This document shows, piece after piece, positions 22,254 through 32,296 of a stretch of 64,000 bases of DNA (position 1 is the stretch's first letter; each line of letters starts with the position of its first letter). The position numbers and the translations under genes are program-made. Below the pieces are notes generated by a model, which did no database searches, was not told where the DNA came from, and saw only the letters and a program-made list of their open reading frames with translations. This DNA is from Salinivirgaceae bacterium (lineage in GTDB: Bacteria > Bacteroidota > Bacteroidia > Bacteroidales > SZUA-534). Location of the stretch: the NCBI GenBank assembly GCA_024405635.1, contig JAKSOL010000003.1:64001-128000 (forward strand), in the 5' to 3' direction.

Positions 22254-23259
22254 ATCAATTTTAGTAACAGGTGGAGCGGGATTTATCGGCTCTAATTTTA
22301 TTCCTTATTTTATAGAGGAACATCCTGAATATCATATCATAAACCTCGATAAACTAACTTATGCAGGCAATGTTGAAAACCTTGCCGACGTTGAGCATAA
22401 TCCAAATTATACCTTTGTTAAAGGTGATATTTGCAACCGTGAATTGGTTGAATTCCTTTTCAAAACATATCACATTCGTGGAGTAATTCATTTTGCAGCC
22501 GAATCGCATGTCGATAATTCAATTAATGGTCCCGAAGTGTTTATTCAAACAAACATCAACGGAACATTTACATTGCTCGACGTTGCCCGAAAATTTTGGA
22601 TGGAAGCTCCATTTAAGTATAAAAAAGACTTTGAAGGTTGTCGTTTTCATCACATTTCAACCGACGAGGTTTATGGAACTTTAGGCGCTGAAGGTTTGTT
22701 TACCGAAACAACACCATACGCACCAAACAGTCCGTATTCGGCAGCAAAAGCTAGTTCAGATTTAATAGTTAGAGCATATCACCATACATACGGAATGAAT
22801 GTTACAACTAGCAATTGCTCAAATAATTACGGGCCAAAACAGCACAACGAAAAACTAATTCCTACCATAATACGTAAAGCATTGGCAGGTGAAAACATAC
22901 CAATTTATGGCGACGGAAAAAATATTCGTGATTGGTTGTATGTGCTTGATCATTGTAAAGGAATTGACCTTGTGTATCATCGAGGAAAAGCGGGCGAGAC
23001 CTACAATGTAGGAGGCAGAAATGAGCGAACAAACCTTGAAATTGTTGATACTATCTGTGGTTTGTTAGATGCTATGCGTCCACGTCAAGATGGAAAATCG
23101 TATAAAGAACAGATAACTTTTGTTCAAGATCGCGCAGGTCATGATCGCCGTTATGCAATTGATGCAACTAAACTTGAAACAGAGCTACGTTGGCGTGCCG
23201 ATGAGAATTTTGATAGCGGCATTATGAAGACCATCAAATGGTATATGAATAAATTCTAA
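22246..23259 (+). CDS. rfbB: dTDP-glucose 4,6-dehydratase
   Basis: VTGGAGFIG, DKLTYAGN, AAESHVD, STDEVYG, YSAAK, GHDRRYAID. Confidence 0.95.
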   Translation: MSESILVTGGAGFIGSNFIPYFIEEHPEYHIINLDKLTYAGNVENLADVEHNPNYTFVKGDICNRELVEFLFKTYHIRGVIHFAAESHVDNSINGPEVFIQTNINGTFTLLDVARKFWMEAPFKYKKDFEGCRFHHISTDEVYGTLGAEGLFTETTPYAPNSPYSAAKASSDLIVRAYHHTYGMNVTTSNCSNNYGPKQHNEKLIPTIIRKALAGENIPIYGDGKNIRDWLYVLDHCKGIDLVYHRGKAGETYNVGGRNERTNLEIVDTICGLLDAMRPRQDGKSYKEQITFVQDRAGHDRRYAIDATKLETELRWRADENFDSGIMKTIKWYMNKF

Positions 23260-23278
23260 TAAAAGGTAATATTATCGT

Positions 23279-23320
23279 AAACGAGTCCTTGCTATTAGCA
23301 AGGGCTCGTTTTTCTTTTTT
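23279..23320 (+). terminator. Intrinsic terminator after the wbp/rfb operon
   Basis: aaacgagtccttgcta-t-tagcaagggctcgttt followed by a T run. Confidence 0.8.
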
Positions 23321-23377
23321 GGGAAAAATCAATAATATTGGAAATGTTTTGTAATTCAACCAATTAATAATATTTAT

Positions 23378-24553
23378 ATGGAAAATTTCTCTTTCTATTC
23401 ACCAACTTTTTTTGAGTTTGGAAAAGATGCCGAAAACAATGCAGGTTCTTTAGTAAAACGCTTTGGCGGTTCAAAGGTGCTAATTCACTATGGAGGTGGA
23501 AGTGTTGTACGTTCGGGCTTGCTCGATAGAGTTAAAGCTTCGCTTAAGGCATCAAATGTTCAGTTTGTTGAACTTGGTGGAGTTAAACCAAATCCTCGTA
23601 GTGGACTAGTTTACGAAGGTATTGAACTTTGCAAAAAGGAAAATGTTGACTTTATTCTTGCTGTTGGAGGAGGAAGTACAATCGATTCGTCAAAAGCTAT
23701 AGCAGCAGGTGTGGTTTACGATGGCGATTTTTGGGACTTTTATATGGGAAAAACAATTGAGCAAGCTTTGCCTGTTGGAACAATATTAACAATAGCCGCA
23801 GCCGGAAGCGAGGGTAGTCCAGATTCTGTTATCACAAAAGAGGAAGGCATGTTTAAACGCGGAGCAAGTGGTGATGCTATTCGTCCTCGTTTTAGCATAC
23901 TGAATCCTGCTTTAACTCAAACATTGCCTGCTTATCAAACAGCATGTGGCATTACCGACATAATGGCTCATTTGTATGAACGATATTTGACTAATTCTAC
24001 TGAAGTTGAAGTAACCGATCGTATGATTGAGGCTTTAATGCTCACTTTGGTTCATGAAGGTCCTCGTGTTATTGAAAATCCAAATAATTATGAGGCTCGT
24101 GCTAATATTTTATGGGCAGGCATGATGGCTCACAACAACGCATGTGGAGTAGGCCGTAGCCAAGATTGGAATAGCCATAATATTGAGCACGAATTGTCAG
24201 CGACTTACGATTGTGCACACGGAGCTGGTTTGGCAGTAACAATGCCTGCTGTATTTACTTATGTAATGAACCACAATGTTATGCGTTTTGCTCAAGTTGC
24301 AGTGCGTGTTTGGGGTTGCCAAATGGATTTTGAACACCCAGAGGTAACTGCAAAAGCTGGTATAAAATGCTTGCAAAACTTTTTAATAGCATTAGGTATG
24401 CCAAAGAATTTTGCGGAACTTGGTGCTAATGAAAAAGATATACCGCAATTGGTAAATACTCTATGCTATGGCGATGGTCGCACAGGTTCAATTTCTGGTT
24501 TTGTAACATTGAATACCGACGATTGTACAAATATCTATAAACTGATGCTTTAG
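23378..24553 (+). CDS. Iron-containing alcohol dehydrogenase (butanol dehydrogenase/YqhD-like)
   Basis: GGGSVVRSGL, GGVKPNP, AVGGGSTID, HNIEHELSA..DCAHGAGLA. Confidence 0.92.
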   Translation: MENFSFYSPTFFEFGKDAENNAGSLVKRFGGSKVLIHYGGGSVVRSGLLDRVKASLKASNVQFVELGGVKPNPRSGLVYEGIELCKKENVDFILAVGGGSTIDSSKAIAAGVVYDGDFWDFYMGKTIEQALPVGTILTIAAAGSEGSPDSVITKEEGMFKRGASGDAIRPRFSILNPALTQTLPAYQTACGITDIMAHLYERYLTNSTEVEVTDRMIEALMLTLVHEGPRVIENPNNYEARANILWAGMMAHNNACGVGRSQDWNSHNIEHELSATYDCAHGAGLAVTMPAVFTYVMNHNVMRFAQVAVRVWGCQMDFEHPEVTAKAGIKCLQNFLIALGMPKNFAELGANEKDIPQLVNTLCYGDGRTGSISGFVTLNTDDCTNIYKLML

Positions 24554-24568
24554 ATAAGATAATAGCAG

Positions 24569-24673
24569 AAAAGGCGTTACCAATGTTGGTAGCGCCTTTT
24601 TGTTTGCAATAAATGATTAAGGAATTGTATGTACAAAGCAAAAAAAAACGCATCAGTTTCTGATGCGTTTTTT
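24569..24673. terminator. Two intrinsic terminators between convergent operons
   Basis: aaaaggcgttacc...ggtagcgcctttt and aaaaaacgcatcag-ttt-ctgatgcgtttttt. Confidence 0.8.
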
Positions 24674-24695
24674 ATATGAATAACCTATAATATTA

Positions 24696-25433
24696 TTATT
24701 CAAGAGGTTCTTCGTCTTCGGTGTAGCCAGTAGCACGATAACCAGATACTCGATAATAGATATCTTCTGCATAGTCATCGTTGTATTTAATGTAGAAGAT
24801 AATAGAGTCGGTTTTAATACCTGAAACAGGAGAAGTAGCAGCGCCTTTCAAAATTTTGCCACCAAGAACAACAACGCCTTCATCTGTTCCGTATGAAGAA
24901 CTGATGGTTTCAGTTTTTCCGCCGTCCATTTCAACTTCGTAGGCCAAGTCATCGCTTAATTGACCAGAGCAGTCAAATGTCATTTTACTTGAGTTTACAA
25001 TGCAACGGGTTTTAGTTCCCCAAAAATTGTCTTCAAGCCACAAATCGGTTTTGTTGTTGTCGGCTGTGTTATATGTTTGGAACATAATGGTTCCTACACC
25101 ATATTCGTCTTCCCATCTCTTAGCATAATCATCCGATTCAAGGTCTTGCAAATCAACAACACCATCTCCATTTACGTCTGGGTTATAGAATCCGTAGCCC
25201 TCTTTGGCACATTCAGGGTCGGCAGCAATTTCGGCAACGGTTTCAAAAATTTCTTCGCCTATTAAGTATTGAGGGAACCAATAAGCGGCGTTACATTCAA
25301 CAGTACACATCCATGTTCCGCACATGTTTTGTAGCGCAACGCCTTCTACTTCAAAGTCGCCACCAAACTTGCCTTCTTTGCAAGAGGTGAAAGCAAATGC
25401 GGCTGCAATAGCAATGAATAATATCTTTTTCAT
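24696..25433 (-). CDS. Surface lipoprotein, BT_2261-like
   Basis: Lipobox FTSC; TYNTADN..LW, GKILKGAATS..G.KTDSIIFYI, SGYRATGY motifs; last gene of the SusCD operon. Confidence 0.72.
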   Translation of the reverse strand: MKKILFIAIAAAFAFTSCKEGKFGGDFEVEGVALQNMCGTWMCTVECNAAYWFPQYLIGEEIFETVAEIAADPECAKEGYGFYNPDVNGDGVVDLQDLESDDYAKRWEDEYGVGTIMFQTYNTADNNKTDLWLEDNFWGTKTRCIVNSSKMTFDCSGQLSDDLAYEVEMDGGKTETISSSYGTDEGVVVLGGKILKGAATSPVSGIKTDSIIFYIKYNDDYAEDIYYRVSGYRATGYTEDEEPLE

Positions 25434-25455
25434 GTTTCTTGTGTTTTTAATTTAG

Positions 25456-26181
25456 TTATTCAACCTTGTCGGCAGTAACGTTGAATATCATACCTTCAAC
25501 GTATTCGGCAACCCATTGTGCTGAAGTAGTTCCAGATACTTGGGTGAATTTGGCCTCGGTAAAACCGACCAATTCGTCTGCCCAACCGCCTACCATTTTA
25601 TTGTAGGTAAGGTTAATGGTTCCATCGTTGGCAATTTCAAATTTGCCTGCAATACAATATTCTTCTCCATAACCAGCACGTTGCCAATACCAACCACCTA
25701 GTAAATCGTTGATTGAATATGTGCCGTCGCCTTGATTTATAATTATCAAAGGCTCCTCAACATATTCTTTGGCATTGTATATGACAGTTTCGCCACCGCT
25801 TAAACGATAACTCTCATTTGTGCGTACATTGTAAATACCTGCATATTGATCAGCAGGATCTTTAACTAGAACATAGCGCGATGCTGATGCCGAAAATCCG
25901 TCTTCATTAACAACGGTATATGTAAGAGTGTACATGCCACTTTCTTCGGTATCAACTTCTCCTTTAACTATAACCATGTCGCTAACATCTTTACCTTTCA
26001 TAGTGGCAGTTACTCCTGGGTCAACAAAATCTTCGCCAAGAGTTGCATACATATATTGGTCACCGTTCAAATCTACTTGTGCGTAGTATGTTATTTTGGT
26101 AAGTCCAGTTTCGGGCTCCTCACAACTTGCAGCAACAAATAGTACAAGGCTTATTGCTATTAGTTTAAGTATGTTTTTCAT
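25456..26181 (-). CDS. Surface lipoprotein with Ig-like DUF5011/DUF5012 domains, BT_2262-like
   Basis: Lipobox AASC; ITYY, FVDPGVTA, GMYTLTYTVVNEDGF, DLLGGWYWQRAGYG. Confidence 0.75.
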   Translation of the reverse strand: MKNILKLIAISLVLFVAASCEEPETGLTKITYYAQVDLNGDQYMYATLGEDFVDPGVTATMKGKDVSDMVIVKGEVDTEESGMYTLTYTVVNEDGFSASASRYVLVKDPADQYAGIYNVRTNESYRLSGGETVIYNAKEYVEEPLIIINQGDGTYSINDLLGGWYWQRAGYGEEYCIAGKFEIANDGTINLTYNKMVGGWADELVGFTEAKFTQVSGTTSAQWVAEYVEGMIFNVTADKVE

Positions 26182-26207
26182 AATCAATTTTCAATTAAGA
26201 TTAAACA

Positions 26208-27731
26208 TTATTTAGCAGCCCAAAATACAGGAACAGTAGGCTCTTTGGTAGCAGGAGCATTGCTATTGTATTGTTTTGAGTCTGATGCGTAATCAAAGCG
26301 TTGAGCAAGTTTGCCTACGCCAACTTTTGGCTCTACATTTTTTGGAGTGTAAAGAGTTCCAATTTGGTAGTCAACTGCAACTTCTCTCCATTCTGAAACA
26401 TCTTTAAGTGGTGTTTTGTAGTCAATGAAGGTGTTGCTTTTTTCATCTTTTTCGAAAGTTGGATAACCCAAACGGCGAACTTCGCACCATGCCTCAAAAC
26501 CATTCATTACGGTACCAAGAATAATCCATTTTTGGATGCCAATCGATTGAATAGCATTTGAGCTATCAAATTTGTATGAAGCAAGGACTTTATCAACTGC
26601 GGTGCAACCGCACAAGTCGCAGTTTGATTCAATAGCTGCGTTGTAGTATTCTTCGGCTTTGGTCATGTTGCTTGCCATTGTTGCATAATACTCTGCAATA
26701 AATAAATCAATTTCAGCAAGTGTCATAATCCAAATAGGTTGGTTAAATCGGTACTTAGGCTGAGCAAAATCCGATGTTTTAGAACCTGGCATTTCGGTTG
26801 AAAGGTTTGTTCCTGAAATTGAACCAATCATTCCATGTGCACCTTTTTCGTAATTGTAATACAAACGAGTGTCACTTTCGCATTGAGCAACTGTTGCAGT
26901 AAGTGCATAGTTTGGAGTAATGTCGCTTGTCGTTATTTCTTTCTTTTCAGCGTACAATGGAGACCAAGAACCTTTAGCATCACTCCAACATTTGTCAAAG
27001 CCAACGTTGGTTGTTGGGAAGTTATCTTCAGCAATCAAGGCTTCAACTTTACTTTTAACGTCAACCACTGCACTTTCGCGCATATATAGTTTAAGTAACA
27101 CGGCATTGGCAAATTGAATCCAAGGTTCAGCTTTTGTATTTGATGCTTTGTCAACACTGCTGAAAAGGAAATTGTTGCACACATTATCGTAAGCTGAAGC
27201 ATTAGCTTTAGCTGTTTCGAGTTTTTCAATAATGTCTGCATAAATGTCTTTGCCGTCATCGTATTTTGGTTGTGTGTTTGTTGCGTCAAATGCCTCAGAA
27301 TAAGGAATTTCGCCGTAAGCATCAACCAAAATTTGGAAAGTGTATGCTTTTAATGTAGCACAAGCTAACAATGTTCCAGTTTCATCTTCTTTTGTTTGTT
27401 TTTCAATTACATCAAGTTGAGCAAGAACTCTGGCAAATAATTGTGAGTATGATCTTGTTGTATTGGTTGCTGAAAATTGGAATTGTGAGTAGTTCAAGTA
27501 GTTTGAGCATCCTGCATTTTGAGAATAGATTTCAGCCGCATAACCACCATTAATATTGAAACCTACGCCCATTGTGGCTGCTAGGTTGACTTCAGCAGTT
27601 GGGAAAATAAAGTCGTTGCCCACCTCGGTGATGGCATTTGGATCTTGGTTAATGTCAAGATAGTCTTTACAACTAACCATTGTTAATGCTGTTAAAACAG
27701 CAGCAAAAGTCAATATCTTATTCATTTTCAT
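26208..27731 (-). CDS. susD: SusD/RagB-family lipoprotein
   Basis: Lipobox SCKDYLDINQDPN, LVDAYGEIPYSEA, PKYDDG, IQKWI..GFEAW.E.RR.GYP. Confidence 0.92.
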   Translation of the reverse strand: MKMNKILTFAAVLTALTMVSCKDYLDINQDPNAITEVGNDFIFPTAEVNLAATMGVGFNINGGYAAEIYSQNAGCSNYLNYSQFQFSATNTTRSYSQLFARVLAQLDVIEKQTKEDETGTLLACATLKAYTFQILVDAYGEIPYSEAFDATNTQPKYDDGKDIYADIIEKLETAKANASAYDNVCNNFLFSSVDKASNTKAEPWIQFANAVLLKLYMRESAVVDVKSKVEALIAEDNFPTTNVGFDKCWSDAKGSWSPLYAEKKEITTSDITPNYALTATVAQCESDTRLYYNYEKGAHGMIGSISGTNLSTEMPGSKTSDFAQPKYRFNQPIWIMTLAEIDLFIAEYYATMASNMTKAEEYYNAAIESNCDLCGCTAVDKVLASYKFDSSNAIQSIGIQKWIILGTVMNGFEAWCEVRRLGYPTFEKDEKSNTFIDYKTPLKDVSEWREVAVDYQIGTLYTPKNVEPKVGVGKLAQRFDYASDSKQYNSNAPATKEPTVPVFWAAK

Positions 27732-27750
27732 AATTGTAGAATTTTAATGT

Positions 27751-30700
27751 TTAGAATTTGACTTGAATATTGAAACCAAATCTGCGGCTTGTTGGGGTTG
27801 AATATAACTCACCAAACATTCCTTCAAGACCAGTACCGTATGATGAAACATCAGGATCGATATAGCAGTTAGATGCTGGTGTCCAAGTAAACAAGTTGCT
27901 TGCTACGGCAGACAGACGTATGTTTTGCAAACCGATTTTTGATACAAGATTTTTAGGCATATCGTATGATAATGATACATTACGCAATTTGACGAACGAA
28001 CGGTTGATTAAGAATCCTTCGCCGCCAATGTTTCCGCCAAGGTCGTACCAACTTTGAATACCTCCATTATATTGTGTAAGTGGAGTTGAGTTTTCAACGT
28101 ATTCACCACTTTCAGCGTCAAGCACTACTGAGTTAGGAATTACAAAGGCTTGGCGGTCGTTGTATGTTGACGAAATGCCGTTGCCAGTAAATCGCATCAA
28201 ATCGCTTGTGCGCGAGAACATGTAACCGCCCATACGAATATCAAAAGCACCGCTAAGTGTTAAATCTTTCCATCTAAGAGAAGTGTTAACACCGCCTGTC
28301 CATTTGTTCATTGCACTTTTGCCTGTAGCAACAACATCGTTTGTCATAACAGGTAAACCTTGCTCGTTTACAACCATTTGACCATTTCCTTTAAACTCTT
28401 TGTTTAAATCTAGGTTACCCTCGGCGTTATAGTCATATTTCAAGTTTCCAGCATCGTCAACGTATTGTGTACGGTAGGTGTAGAATTGACCCATCGACTC
28501 GCCAACAATGGCTTTCATATATACTGCAGAATTTGATGTTGAGAAGTCTTTGATTGCATACTCACCATTCAATTCTTTTGGCAACTCAACTACCTTGTTA
28601 ATGTTTTTATTATAGTTGAACGACAAATCCCATTCCCAATCTTTGGTTTTAACTGGAGTAAAGTCAACCATTAACTCAATACCCTTATTGCTTACTTTAC
28701 CATAGTTGCGTGCAATGAATATATAACCAACTGCAGGGTCGCAGTTCAAAATCATAATTTGATCATCGGTATTTCGGTTGTAGTAAGAAAGGTCGAAACC
28801 CATACGGTTGTTGAAGAATTTCATCTCAGTACCCAACTCCCATTCTGTTGTCATCTCAGGGCGCAAATCTGAAGAACCCAAAGTGTTTTGGGTTTTGTAA
28901 GAGTTGGTTCCGTTATTCATTGGGAATTTTGTAACCTCGCTAGTATAAATGGTATTAGAATAACCAGAAACAAATGTTTTGCCTGTTTTGTAAGGATCAG
29001 CATCGTTACCAGTTTTACCAAATGCTGCACGAACCTTACCAAAGGTGATGTATTTCTTAACATCGTTGTTGAGCAAGGTTGTGAACAAGAAACTTGCTGT
29101 TACACCTGGATAGAAGAAACTATTGTTTTCTTTTGGTAGAGTTGATGACCAGTCGTTACGACCTGTAATGTCAAGATAAATCAAATCGTTGTAACCAAGG
29201 TTAATGTCGGCAAACAATGCGGTTGAGCGACGTTTTTCTTGTTTCTCAGTTGCTGGCTTTTGTGTTCCTGCATTTGCTAAATGCCACCAACCACTTTCAA
29301 TTGTAAGGTCGCTACCTTCTGCTGTCATTTCGGTATAGAATTGCTCGTTAATGTTTGAACCAACTACGGCAGACATGTCAATTGCACCAAACTTTTTGTT
29401 GTATGCTGCCATAATATCGTGGTTGGTTTCGTATTCGCGATGATATTGTGCGTAAATAGTACCCAAGTACATGTTATCTCCTGATGTCGATGGGTTGTCT
29501 GTTGTGATTTTTGCTTCGGCGGCTTTGTCGTCATAATCCAAATAGTCGAAACCAAAACGATAGGTAAATGTCAAGTCTTGCATTGGAGTGATGTCGGCTT
29601 GAAGTTTACCATACAATTTCTTTTGGTTCATTACCTCATAGTTGTTTTCAATAGCCCAATAAGGGTTAGTGATACCATATTCGGTAAAGTATGCCAATGG
29701 TGTATTAAATGGAGATGAAAGGTCTTTCAAATCGGCAACGCTAATGTTACGAGGCATTTCATACAAACCATCAATCACTGTTGTTCCTTGGTCGGTTGGA
29801 ACTGAACTTGTGCGTGAAGTTGCAAGGTTAATTGATGAAGAGAATTTAATAAACTCGTTGCATACATGCGAACCGCGCATTGCAAAAGTATTACGTTCGT
29901 ATTTGTCTTTTGCTCCAGGAATAATACCATCGTCTGATGAACGGCTATATGACAAGTAGTAGGTTGATGCTACTTGACCTTCTTCGTTAACTGAGCGTCC
30001 TGAAACTCCAATGCCGAAGTTCTTGGTGTAACCTGTTTCAAAGAAATTCTTTACGTTGTTTTTAACGGCTTTGAATTGTTGCATCAATTGTGCGTTTTCG
30101 TATTCCGCGCCATAAACACGCCATGCACCGTCCATTGCTGGGCCCCACGATCCGTTCTCGTCAAGAGTACGAACACCATTCCAACCTTGACCATATTTGT
30201 CTTGCATTTGTGGAAGGTTGGCTACGCGGCTCATTTGAATACCTGCGTTTGCTTCAACCTCAAAACCACGTTTTGCTTTGCTACCGTTTTTGGTTGTAAT
30301 GATAATAACACCATTTGCAGCACGAGAACCATATAGTGCTGTTGCGGCAGCACCTTTTAGGATGTTCATGCTCTCAATGTCGTCTTGGTTAATGTTGTTA
30401 GAACCTGCACCCTTTACACCATCACCGTTATGAGACTCAACGGTGGTTGTTTGAATTGGCACACCATCAATAACCCAAAGTGGCTCGTTGTTTCCAGTAA
30501 GTGAACTACAGCCACGAATGCTGATTGATGTTGCTGCTCCTGGTTCTGTACTTGTAGATGCTACGCTAACACCTGCAACACGTCCAGCTAGTGCTTCTGA
30601 CACGTTTGCGCGTGGAACAGATTGTATGTCTTCTGATTTAACAACTGAAGTGGCAAAACCTACAGCTTTTTCAGCTTTTGTAATACCCAATGCGGTAACC

Positions 30701-31020
30701 ACAACTTCTTCCAAGTCGGTTGATTCTGGTTCCATTGTAACATTGAATGTTGTTTGAGTGCCAATGGCAATCTCTTGCGAAACCATACCGATGTACGAAA
30801 ATACCAATGCTACTGCATCTTCTGGTACTTTTAAAACAAAGTTACCATCAATGTCGGTAATGGTACCTTGTGTTGTTCCTTTTACAAAAACGTTAACACC
30901 TGGCATTGTTTCACCGTCTTCGGCGGATTTTACAACACCAGATACCGTTTTGGTCTGTGCATTTGCCACTTGAAAGCATAGGAACATTAAGCTCACAAGT
31001 AACATCACATACTTCTTCAT
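27751..31020 (-). CDS. susC: SusC/RagA-family TonB-dependent transporter
   Basis: LEEVVVTALG TonB box, ILKGAAATALYGSRAANGVIIITTK, RNDWSSTLP, C-terminal F; ATG at 31020. Confidence 0.95.
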   Translation of the reverse strand: MKKYVMLLVSLMFLCFQVANAQTKTVSGVVKSAEDGETMPGVNVFVKGTTQGTITDIDGNFVLKVPEDAVALVFSYIGMVSQEIAIGTQTTFNVTMEPESTDLEEVVVTALGITKAEKAVGFATSVVKSEDIQSVPRANVSEALAGRVAGVSVASTSTEPGAATSISIRGCSSLTGNNEPLWVIDGVPIQTTTVESHNGDGVKGAGSNNINQDDIESMNILKGAAATALYGSRAANGVIIITTKNGSKAKRGFEVEANAGIQMSRVANLPQMQDKYGQGWNGVRTLDENGSWGPAMDGAWRVYGAEYENAQLMQQFKAVKNNVKNFFETGYTKNFGIGVSGRSVNEEGQVASTYYLSYSRSSDDGIIPGAKDKYERNTFAMRGSHVCNEFIKFSSSINLATSRTSSVPTDQGTTVIDGLYEMPRNISVADLKDLSSPFNTPLAYFTEYGITNPYWAIENNYEVMNQKKLYGKLQADITPMQDLTFTYRFGFDYLDYDDKAAEAKITTDNPSTSGDNMYLGTIYAQYHREYETNHDIMAAYNKKFGAIDMSAVVGSNINEQFYTEMTAEGSDLTIESGWWHLANAGTQKPATEKQEKRRSTALFADINLGYNDLIYLDITGRNDWSSTLPKENNSFFYPGVTASFLFTTLLNNDVKKYITFGKVRAAFGKTGNDADPYKTGKTFVSGYSNTIYTSEVTKFPMNNGTNSYKTQNTLGSSDLRPEMTTEWELGTEMKFFNNRMGFDLSYYNRNTDDQIMILNCDPAVGYIFIARNYGKVSNKGIELMVDFTPVKTKDWEWDLSFNYNKNINKVVELPKELNGEYAIKDFSTSNSAVYMKAIVGESMGQFYTYRTQYVDDAGNLKYDYNAEGNLDLNKEFKGNGQMVVNEQGLPVMTNDVVATGKSAMNKWTGGVNTSLRWKDLTLSGAFDIRMGGYMFSRTSDLMRFTGNGISSTYNDRQAFVIPNSVVLDAESGEYVENSTPLTQYNGGIQSWYDLGGNIGGEGFLINRSFVKLRNVSLSYDMPKNLVSKIGLQNIRLSAVASNLFTWTPASNCYIDPDVSSYGTGLEGMFGELYSTPTSRRFGFNIQVKF

Positions 31021-31183
31021 AAACTTTTTTAGTTTTTTAGATAAATTTTTGTTGCTATCGCGCAAATTTATAAAAAATAGTGTTAAGCCTTTGTGTTTAC
31101 TTTCAAATTTGCATCACGTTAAGATTTTCTCTTACAATTCTTTTTGTTTTTTAGGAGATACAATTCAAGTTGTTTTTGTCGAT

Positions 31184-32086
31184 TTATTTTATTGGCTCAA
31201 TGTGTATTATTACTTGTGTTGAGTCACCGTATTGGGTTCGCAACTTTTGCTCAATTTGCTTTGTTATTTCGTGCGATTCGTTAACAGTCATTTCGCCATG
31301 CACGCGCACGTGAAATTCAATGGCTATGCTTGCTCCAATTCGACGTGTTTTTAGGTTGTGTAGGTCGCTTAAACGGTTGTCGTTCATTACGATGCATTCA
31401 ATTTCGTCTTCTTGTTCTTTTGGAAGCGAGCGCTCTAAAAGTTCGTTTAGACTAGGGATTATAAGGTCGTATGAAACTTTTATAATTAGGGCGCCAACAA
31501 CAATGGCGGCAAGAGGGTCGAGTATGCGCCATTTTTCGCTTAAAAAGAATGCTCCACCAATGCCTAAAAGTGTACCAATTGACGAAAAAGCATCGCTCCG
31601 GTGATGCCACGCGTTTGCTTTAAGTGCTTGAGATTCTGTTTTGTTTGCAACCGATATGGTGTACCAATAAAGTATTTCTTTTGAAATGATTGACACTACG
31701 GCAGCAACCATAGCAATAATACCTGGCCGGTTAAGTGGCTGCCCGTTTATGTACGATGCGATTCGTTGAGCATTGCTTGTGAATATACCTATGGCTACGC
31801 CTGCTAACATTAATCCAATAACAATGGTTGCTAGTGTCTCGTATTTTCCATGCCCGTAATCGTGGTCTTCGTCTTTAGGTTTTGCCGATATTTTTACAAA
31901 TACCAAAACAATGATGTCTGTTATAAAATCGCTTGTTGAGTGTATGGCGTCGGCAACCATTGCTCCGCTTCGTCCTAAAATTCCGGCTATAAGTTTTCCT
32001 ACTGAAAGAAATACGTTTACCCCAAAGCCAACCCAAGTTGCTTTGCTTATTGCTTTTTCTCGCTGGTTGTTGGTAAGTGTTGGCAT
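31184..32086 (-). CDS. Cation diffusion facilitator (FieF-like) metal efflux transporter
   Basis: ADAIHSTSD, HDYGHGKYE, AWHHRSDA, C-terminal IHIEP. Confidence 0.93.
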   Translation of the reverse strand: MPTLTNNQREKAISKATWVGFGVNVFLSVGKLIAGILGRSGAMVADAIHSTSDFITDIIVLVFVKISAKPKDEDHDYGHGKYETLATIVIGLMLAGVAIGIFTSNAQRIASYINGQPLNRPGIIAMVAAVVSIISKEILYWYTISVANKTESQALKANAWHHRSDAFSSIGTLLGIGGAFFLSEKWRILDPLAAIVVGALIIKVSYDLIIPSLNELLERSLPKEQEDEIECIVMNDNRLSDLHNLKTRRIGASIAIEFHVRVHGEMTVNESHEITKQIEQKLRTQYGDSTQVIIHIEPIK

Positions 32087-32213
32087 GCTTTTACAGGTTG
32101 AAATGCGTATAGTTTGAGTTTATTTTTGATTAGTGCCTTGCCTTGCGTTGTGGTAGTAATGTTTCCTTTTCGACAAATTTATGTCTTTTTGTGTTTTAAA
32201 AAGTAAATGAAAC

Positions 32214-32255
32214 AAAAAAGCGCCCCAAATTGGTTTAATTCAACTTGGGGCGCTT
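32214..32255 (-). terminator. Intrinsic terminator after carB
   Basis: aagcgccccaa...ttggggcgctt with an A run on the + strand (U tail on the - strand). Confidence 0.75.
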
Positions 32256-32296
32256 GGCTTATTGTAAAAGTCTGGTTTGTGCGACTTTACATTTTA

